From an uncultured Gemmataceae bacterium (GTDB lineage Bacteria > Planctomycetota > Planctomycetia > Gemmatales > Gemmataceae), in the NCBI GenBank assembly GCA_963750165.1, contig CAVVPN010000012.1, positions 96,001 to 160,000 of the forward strand: a DNA stretch of 64,000 bases, written 5' to 3'. How positions within the stretch are numbered: the stretch's first letter is position 1; every line of letters starts with the position of its first letter. Below, piece after piece: positions 22,701-31,700 of the stretch. The position numbers and the translations under genes were made by a program. A model generated the notes under the pieces. That model was not told the origin of the DNA, searched no databases, and worked only from the letters and a program-made list of their open reading frames with translations.

Positions 22701-25700
22701 ATCTGGAAGGTCGCCACGCCGTTGACCACCGGGACGGCGGAGCCGCCTGGGAGGTCCGTGCCGTTGTCCTGGAAGTCCACGGTGCCGTTGTTGCCGACAC
22801 CGCCGGACACGGTCGCGGTCAGGGTCACCGCCTGGTTGAAGCTCGAAGGATTCGGGTTCGCGGTCAACATCGTCGTCGTGGGGGCGAGGTTGATGACGCC
22901 GGTGGTGTCGGTCACGTAGGTGACGGCGTAGTTCATGCCGCCGTTGCCGTCATTGATCGTGGCGGTCGGCGTCAGCGTCTTGCCGGTGCCGGCGTCCGGC
23001 GTGTCGTAGGTTTCGGCGTAGGTGGCGGTGTCGCCGCCGACCAGGGTGCCGCTCGTGAGGGTCGGCGTGGCCGCGGCGCTGGTGGTGCCGTCGTAGGTCT
23101 TGGTGTTCGTCGCCGCCGTGACCGTGATGGGCCGGGGGGCGATGTCGGCGGTGACCGTCGGCTGGACCAACGTGTAGTTGGCTGCCGCCGAACCGGTGAG
23201 GCTCAATCCGGCGACCTGGACCGCGATGCCGGTGCCGGCGTTGCGGGTGGCAAAGGTGCCGGTGGCTCCGGTCGCGACCAGCGAGACATTGCCGGCGTCG
23301 CTGCTGAGGACTCCCGAGAGGGTCGGGGCGCTGACGATCTGGATGCCCGTGATGCCGGTGCCCGCGAAGGATTGGCCGTTACTCCCGGCCAGCACTTCCG
23401 TCAAGACGAGCGTGGAGGTGGTCAGGCCCTGGAACTCAACGTAATTGCCCGGACTCGACGTGGAGGTCGTTTGGGTAAACGTCCCGGCGAAGGCCGCGGT
23501 GGGCACCTGGAAACCGGTTGAGGTGATCGGCGGATCAATGCCGGCGCCCGACGGCAGGCCCGTGTTGATGTTGGAGATGTACTCGGTGCCGTCGCCGGCG
23601 TAGATCGTCCCGGTCGCACCCCAGAAGTAAGCGGGTTCGCTCAGATAAACGTAGACCGTGTAGCCCGAGGCCGGCAGGTTCGTGAGCTGGATGTGCGTGG
23701 TCGTATTCAACGCCTCGATGTCGGAGGACATCAATTCCTGGTTACCCTGGGTGCCACCCTGCGGCTGGAAATTATTGGCGCCACCGTAGTTGTATTCGGT
23801 GTTGAGCCCGTAAGAGGCCCAGGTGACACCGACACCGGTTGCCGCGCCGGTCGCATTATTCAGGCTGGACGCCGTGCCGCTGGCGCCGGTGCCCACGTTG
23901 TTCCAGTTGGTCGCGGACACGATGCCGGCGGCGTCGCTGGCCCCGAGGGCGTCGGTGTAACCCGTGGAGAGCGTTCCCGAATTCGTGTAGAACGACAGGC
24001 TGACGATCTGCGTCGGCGCGCTCACCGTGGCGGCCGTGGTGCCGTCGTAGGTCTTGTTGCTCGCGACGACGCCGCTCACCGTCACCGGTGCCGGGGTGAC
24101 CACCTGGTTCTGCGAAGCGCTGGGGCTGCCCTGGTAGCCGGTGCCGCCGCTGTAGGTGGCGACGATGGGGTGTGTGCCCGCGCTCAGGGCGATGAAGGTG
24201 GTGTAGCTCGCAGTGCCGTTGGTCACCGGGACCGTGGACGTGCCGGGCAGGGCGACGCCGTTGTCCGTGAACGTCACGGTGCCCACGCTGGGGTTGCCGG
24301 AGACGGTCGCAGTGAAGGTCACCTGGGTGCCGTAGACCACCGACGACAGCGTGTTGAGCATCGTGGTCGTGGCCGTGACGTAGGTGAACTGGTCGGCGGC
24401 GCTGGTCGGCGAGATGCCGAAGCTGTTGGTGACCGTGACATCGACAATGCCGGGAGAGCCGCTCGGGTCCACCGCGGTGATCTGGGTCGGCGAGTTGACC
24501 GTGTAGCTCATGGCGTCGTTCGCGCCAAACTTGACCGCCGTCACGCCGACGAAACTGGTGCCGGTGATGACCACGCTGGTGCCGCCCGCGACCGGGCCAG
24601 TGTTCGGGTTGACCTGGGTCACGGACGGAGAGCTGACGTAGCTGAACTGGTCGGCGGCGGAGGTCGCCGAGATGCCGCCTGCCGTGGTGATCGTGATGTC
24701 CACCGTGCCGGTCGCCTCGGCCGGCGCGATCGCGGTGATCTGGGTCGGCGAGTTGACCGTGTAGCTGGTGGCGTTGTCCGTGCCAAACTTGACCGCGGAG
24801 ACGCCGATGAAATTGGTCCCGGTGATGACGACGCTGGTGCCGCCGGCGGTCGTGCCGGAGGTCGGCGACACGCCCGTTACTGTGGGGGAGCTCGCCACGT
24901 TGACGGTGAACTGCTGCGTCGTGGTGTAGTTGCCGTCGCTGACGTTGACGCTGATGACGGACGAGCCCTGCATGTCGGCCGTCGGCGTGAAGCTCAGGCT
25001 GCCGGTGCTGCCGCCGGTGTAGGTGACGGCGGCGTACGGAATGAGGGCCGGGTTGCTCGATGTGGTCGTCACCGTGAGCGGCAGCGGCGTCGCCCTGGGC
25101 ACGATCTCGATGCCGGTGACTTCATCAAAGATGAAGATGCTGCGGCCACCGAAGGCGGCGTTGAGCATGGTGTTTGTCAGCGTGAGCGAATCGGCCGACT
25201 CGTTCCGCAGGACGACGTAGTTGCCCGCCTGGTTCACGGCGTTCGATGGCACGAACCCCGCCGCGAACGGTGTCGGGGTCGCCAGATAGTTCACGGTATT
25301 GGTCCCGTCCGAAATCTTGCCGGAGACGGACGTGTAGGCCCAGGGCGCATCGAGGTAGACGTAGACATCGTACCCGTTGGGGAAACTGGCCGCGAGGTTG
25401 CTGAATGTGAAATGGTTACTGTTGCCGACACCGCCGCTGGGCCCGACGCCCGATTTCATCAGCGCGTTGTTGCTCGCCGAGCTGCTGTCGGGGTACAGGC
25501 CGTACAGCGCACCGCCCGAGGTCGTGTCGCCACCGCCTGTGTAGGTGAGGGTGACCCCGCCATTCACCGTGCCCCCGTTGGAATCCGTGAGGGTCTGAGA
25601 ACCGCCGCTGGAGATGTTGTTCCAGCCGCTCACCGGAATGACGCCGGCCACATCGGCGAAGCCCAGAGTGTCGCCCGTCGCCTGCCCGGAGAAGTTGACA

Positions 25701-28700
25701 CTGACGGCGTAGGGCGCAGGAACGTTGGGGTCGCTGATGCCGCTGAGGTTCACCGTCTGCGCCCCAGGGTTGACTTGCAGATTCAGATCGGAGAGCGCAG
25801 TGAGTGTGGGATTCCCTTCGGGAGTCACCGTGACGGCGAGCGCCTGCGAAGCGCTGGAGCTGCCGGCCGTCACATTGACCGTGACGTTGTAGAGGCTCGG
25901 GGTCGTGGGCGCGCTCATGAAGGTGAGCACGCCGCCGCTCGTGATGCTGAAGAGCGAGGCGTCGGTCCCGCTCAGATTGTACGCCGGCATGGAACCGGTG
26001 AAATTGTTGACCGTCACGGCCGTGACCGCCGTGTTGCCTTCCGGCACATTCACAGCAGCACTTGCGCCGCCGCCGTTGCTGGTGATGCCCAGGCCGCTCG
26101 TCTGCGCCAGGGTCAGGACGAGGACCGGCCGGTCGAGGGAGTTGACGTCATAGTTGACGCTGCTGGAGTAGCCGCCCTCGCGGCTGAAGAAGTCGAGGTT
26201 GTTGATGGTGGTGCTGCCGGTCTGCACGATGGCGATGCCGTTGTTGGCGGTCGTGCCGGCGGCCCACTGCTGGGCCAGGGTCGTGATGTCGTAGGTGTAC
26301 TCGCCGTCCGCTCCGGTGCCGGTGCCCGTGGCCACGGCGGCGCTGGTGTTGATGGTCGGACTGGGCGCGCTGCTGTCGTTCCAGGCGCTGGTGATGTTGT
26401 AGGCCGACGTTTGAATCAGCGGCTGGGGGCCGGTGGGCGATGTGGTGGGGTTCAGGCCGGTCAGGATCACCTTGGCGTCGGTGATCGAGTAGCCGGCGGG
26501 GATGTAGCTGCTGATGCCGCCGCTGCCGTCGCCGAACTTGAACAAGCCGGCGGTGGCGGTCGTGCTACCGACGTTGACGACGTTGATGCTGTAGCTGCCG
26601 CTGCCGGTGCCGACCGTCTGATTGGTAGCGCCGTTGTTGGTGGCGTCGGCGATGTCGGGCACCTGCGTGCCGTTGAGGCGCGGGTCACTGGTGGCGACGA
26701 CCCCGGCCGTCGAGATGCCCTGCGCCGCCGCATTGGACCAGAGATCGGAGAAGGAATCCGAGACGCGGATTTCGCCCAGATAAGCGCGGTCGCCGTCGAA
26801 GGTGCCGAGCGCGGAGATCGTGCCGTAGTCGGTGCCGGTCGCCGTCGTGATGAGGCTGCCGGCCGCCGGGCTCTGACCAAAGCCCGGATTCATGTACAGG
26901 GTGACCGTCGTGCTGCCACCCGGAGTGAATTGCAGCTCCGCGACCAGGTGGACGGTGATTTCTTGTGTGATGCTGCCGTTGTTGTTGATGTTTTCCGCCA
27001 GGTTGGTAATCAACCCCGTGGACGAGCCGGACACGAGGTTGGCGAACGACCCGGCTTCCCACTGCAGGGCGGAGTTGAAGCCGATGTAGACGTTCGCGTT
27101 GGCATTGGTCGGGTCGGAGATCAGGCGCACGGCCCAGGGCTGCGAGTTATTGGCGCCCGAGTTGCCGGTGGCCGGCTTGGCCAGGAAGCTGATCCAGAAC
27201 GTGCCGCCCGTGCCGCCATTCGAGCTGTCGCCGAACGGACTGGACAGCGCGATGTCGCTTTGCTGGGTGGTGCCGCTCTGGTAATAGTAGGGGTTCACAT
27301 ACGAGTTGCCGAACGGCGTGACGCTCGCCGGCGGCGTGCCGTCGTAGTTGGGGTAGCTGGCGCCGCCCAGCGCCGACGGATACGACGGGTATTGCAGACT
27401 GCCCGCCACGACATCGGGCGTGCCGGTGCCGTCGTTCGTCCAGGTGCCCTGCAAACCGATGGTCGAGGTGTTGCCGTTGCCGGGGCCCTGGCCGAGCAGA
27501 CTGACGCCGGGGGCAATCGTCGCACTATCTTTCGTGGCGGTCGGCACGTAGTAGTTAAACGGCTCGTAGGCGAGCAGGCCGGGGACCAGCAATGTGGCGG
27601 CGTTGGTCAACAAGGTGCCGTTGGCGAACGCGGCCCGATACTGGTAGCCGTTCTGGGCCCCGGTCACGTTGTTGAAGGTCAGGGTCGTGGTGCCGTCGTT
27701 GATGCTCGTGGGACCGCTGAACAGCGTCCACGTAATGCCGCCGTCGGTACTCTGTTGCCAGGAGACCAGGTCTCCCGCTTCCGCCGTGGCGACCGCGGTG
27801 AACGTCACCGTCGAGCCCCGGGTGGCGGTCACACTGGTCGGCTGCGTGGTGATCGTCTCGGCCGCGTTCGTCAGCGTCAGCGGGGTGGTGGTGACGGTCC
27901 CCAGGCTGTTGGTGAACACGGCTTCGTACAGGCCGAGGTCGGTTTGGATGACGTTGGTGTAGGTCAGCACCGGGTTGTTCACCCCCGCCTGATTGCTGGG
28001 CAGTTGCGCGAGTGGAACCAGGCTGTAGTTAAAGCCGCCGTCCACGCTCTGATACCAGAGCACCGTGTCCTGGCCGGTCGGGTTGGCGCTCGACGCGTAC
28101 ATCGAGGCGCTCTGGCTGGTGTTGACGTTGCTGACAGCGAGGACGCCCTGCGACGGCAGATCGCTGGGGTAAGACGACCCGGACTTGAAGTAGGCCGTGC
28201 TGACATCCACGGCGAGCACTGCGGCGGTGCTGGTGAGCGTGGCCGATCCGTTGCCGCTGGGGTTGGTGACCACCGCCTGATACAGGTAGCCGCTGAGGGT
28301 GTCGAGCGCCGTGCCGCCGGCGCCGAGGCTGATATCGGCCGCCGGCGCCACGTTCGTGGTGTAGGTGAACGTGGTCGGGCTGGTCACGGCGATGACGTAG
28401 GTGCCGTCGAGGTTGGTGTCGGCGAGGCCACTGATGACGGCGGTGTCGCCTGTGACGAAGGGGTTGGCCGCCGTGGTCGTGATGGTGACCGTGTTGGAAC
28501 TGGCGGTCTGCACGACGGACAGGATCGAGGCGGTCGGGGCGCCGCTGATATTCAGCGTCGCGCTGGTGGCACCGCTGTAGATGCCGCCGTTGGTGATGTT
28601 CGTGTAGGTCGCACCATCGTCCGTGCTCACCTGCCACTGGACGGTATCATGACCGCTGGCGATGGTGTTATACGTGTTGACCGAGAAGCTGGTGCTGCCG

Positions 28701-31700
28701 CCGGGGTTGACGACGGCGCTGGCCGGTTGCGACGTGATCGTGTCGGCCTGCACGTTGGCCGTGTTCGACCCGATGGTGATGGTGGCGGTGTTATGCCACG
28801 CGCCGGCGATGCCCTTCTGGTAAATGGCCTGGATCTGGCCCGGGGTCAACGTTTGTTGCCAGATGCCCAGGTCGTCGATCTGGAAGTCACCACCCTGGTT
28901 ATACTTGGTGCCGCTCTGGGGGTTGTTGTTGAGGTAGAACAGACCATTGATGGCGTCGATCACCTGCTTGGCGGCTGTGGGGTTGAAGGTGCCCATGTTG
29001 GGCAGGTCCTGCTTGAACTGACCGTTCTGGTAGACGAGGAGCCCTTGCGGCGTCCACTCCAGGGTGAACATGTTCCACTGATTGATGCCGAACTCAACGT
29101 TGAGCGGTTGCGTCACATTCTGGCCGTCCGGCTTGCCGTCGGCTCGGACCTGCAAGGTGTACAGCGGGTTGCTCATGCTGGAACCCGGGGCGGTTGCGTA
29201 ATTCGGGATGGTGCGGACCTGCACCTCACCTTCGTACTCGCCGCCCTTGGACGGGTCACTCTGGTGGCCGAGGAGCATTTCCGCGTTCTGGCCGTTGCCG
29301 AAGAAGCCCTGGGTGGAGGTGTCGAAGTCCGAACCGATCAGCTCGGGCAGGTTGAGCCAGAACGAGTAGGTCAGAGTGCCGCTACTCGTGGAGGTACTGC
29401 TCGCGCTGCTGGTGGCGCCCGCGGAGCCGAGGCTGTTCAGGTGGGCGTTGGTGTAGCCCAACGCATCCGTGGTGTTGCCGTTGGGAAGGTTCGCGTCGAT
29501 GCCGCCCGCATCCGTGTTGTACGGCGTGAGCAATTCCTGCCACGGTTCCGCGGAACTGTTGTACGGGATGCCGCCGTTCGGCGGCACATTGGTATTGTCC
29601 GCGTAAGGCGTCGTCGCCGTGAGGATCAGAATGACCGGGGTGTTGGCGGCGTGCGCCTGCAAAGAACTCGCCGCCCGGTAATTGTCGGCGATGAAATCGA
29701 GCGTGTTGCGCACCACCGTGAACTGGGTGTCGCCCGCGAAGGGGCCGCTCGTTTCGAGCGTCGCCCCGGTCACCTTGGCGACCTCACTCGGGCCGAGTTC
29801 GATGTAGAAGGGGTACGTGATCGGGAAGCCGACGGTCGAATTCACATAGATGTTCGTGTCCGACGTGGTGATCGGCTTGTTCGGCCCGTTCGTGTCGCCG
29901 CCAACCAGGAACGTCTCCGGGCCTTGCCAGGCCGGCCCTTGCAAACCGTCGTTGAGGAGGCCGCCGCGGACGTAGTTTCCCGGGTTCTGCGTGCTGAGGT
30001 TGTTCCCGCTGGTGATCGCCGTGAAGGCGGTGCCGCTGGACACGCCCGTCACGGTGAAGCTGGTGTTGTTGCCGTACGCGGTGGGGACGGTCCCGGGCGT
30101 GATGGTGACATTGCTGAAGACGCCCTGATTGCTGTTGGAGGAGCCGCTTTCGGCGCCGATCGTGATGTCGGTGTATGGGTTGACCTGGTTGAGTTCATTG
30201 TTGTCAGACGTGGAAAAGCTCACGTAGCCGACCGAGGCGGTGCCGCCGGTGCCCGGGGAGTTCGTCACGTCCGCCACGTTGCCGCTGTTGCCGCCGGCCA
30301 GGCTAGCCGTCGGATTGGTGTAGGTGAAGCTGTTGGCGTTCGGCACCGAGGCGATGGTGTACATGCCGTTGTAGGTGGCGGCGGCGGTGCCGAAGGCCGA
30401 CTCCGCCAGGCCCGTCACCGGATCACTGTAGACGAACTCCGTGGGGCTGTTCACCTGGGTGACGCGGAACAGGCCGTTGAAGCCCGCCGGGCTCATGCCG
30501 CTGATGACCACGTAGCTGCCGACGGCCACGCCGGTCGCCGCACTGGTGTCGATGGTGACGTTGCCACTCATGTCCTCCACGGCGCCGGTGATTGTGACGG
30601 CCGCCGCGTTGGGCGCACTGGAGAGCCATACGGTATCGCCGGTCTGATAGGCGTTGACTGCGCCGGTGGTACTCGTGCCGTTATTGAAGTTGACGGTAAC
30701 GGTGTTGCCGGTCTCCGAAATGCCAGTGGTGCCGCTCGGGCCGCTGATTGAGATCGGGAAGGCGGTGATCGTGGCGGTGCCGCCGGTGCCGCTGTAGATG
30801 CCGCCGGCGGACGGTAGCGTCGCCAGGCCGCCGGGAACGCCGGGGGCGGTGGCGGTGAACTGGTAGAGGTTCGGGGCGCCGCTGGTGCCCGTGATCGTGT
30901 ACGTGCCGTTGTAGCCGCCACCGATGCCGCTCACCGTGATGACATCGCCGGTCTGGAAATTCTCCGCCGCGGCGGCGATGAAGGTGACGACACCATTGCT
31001 GTTGTCGCTCACCTGGGCGATCGGCACGGAACTGGTGAGGTAGGTGCCGTTGATGCTGGCCGGGTCGTTGGTATCGGTGTAGGTGAAGTGGGTGCTGTCC
31101 GTGACCGTGTTGATCTGGTACGTGCCGTTGAACTGCGACGGCGTGACGCCGGAAATGATGACAAACTGACCGGGAGTCAGCGCCATCGGGTAAGCGGTGG
31201 TCGCGGTGACAGTCGTGCCGCTCAGGCTGACGCTGGCAATCGCGAACGGATTGAGGATCGCATAGCCGGTGGCCGCACCGCTGGGAGTGCCCGCGCCGAG
31301 GTTGGCGGTACTGGTGGTGACCGTGAACTGGTTGCCGCTAACCGACGTGACGACGTAGCTGGTGTCGTAACTCGACGTGGTTGAGGCCAGGTCCGCGAGC
31401 GTCACCGACTCGCCCAGTTTGAAGGGATTGGACGCACCACTGAGCGTGATCGTCGAGGTGTTGCCGGACGAGGCGGCGCTGCTGATGGCGTAGGATTCCG
31501 CGATCGTGCCACCGGAGGCGTAGGGCGGCATGCCGGAGGCGGTGGTGTAGGTGAACGTGTTGCCGCTCACGGTGGCCACGTGAACGATGCCGTTGAAGTA
31601 GCCGGCCGCGGAACCCGTGTTCGTGAGCGTGGCCAGTCCCAGAATGGGATCGACGAAACTGAAGTTCTGGCCGCTGGTGCTGCCCGGAGTGATCCGCCAG

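Noticed and set aside
19958..30751. Very long plus-strand ORFs (1187 aa, 2352 aa; also 4248-7202, 53243-55909, 57337-59604)
   Set aside because: These are antisense shadows of high-GC minus-strand genes, with R/G/V/A-rich translations and no recognisable motifs.
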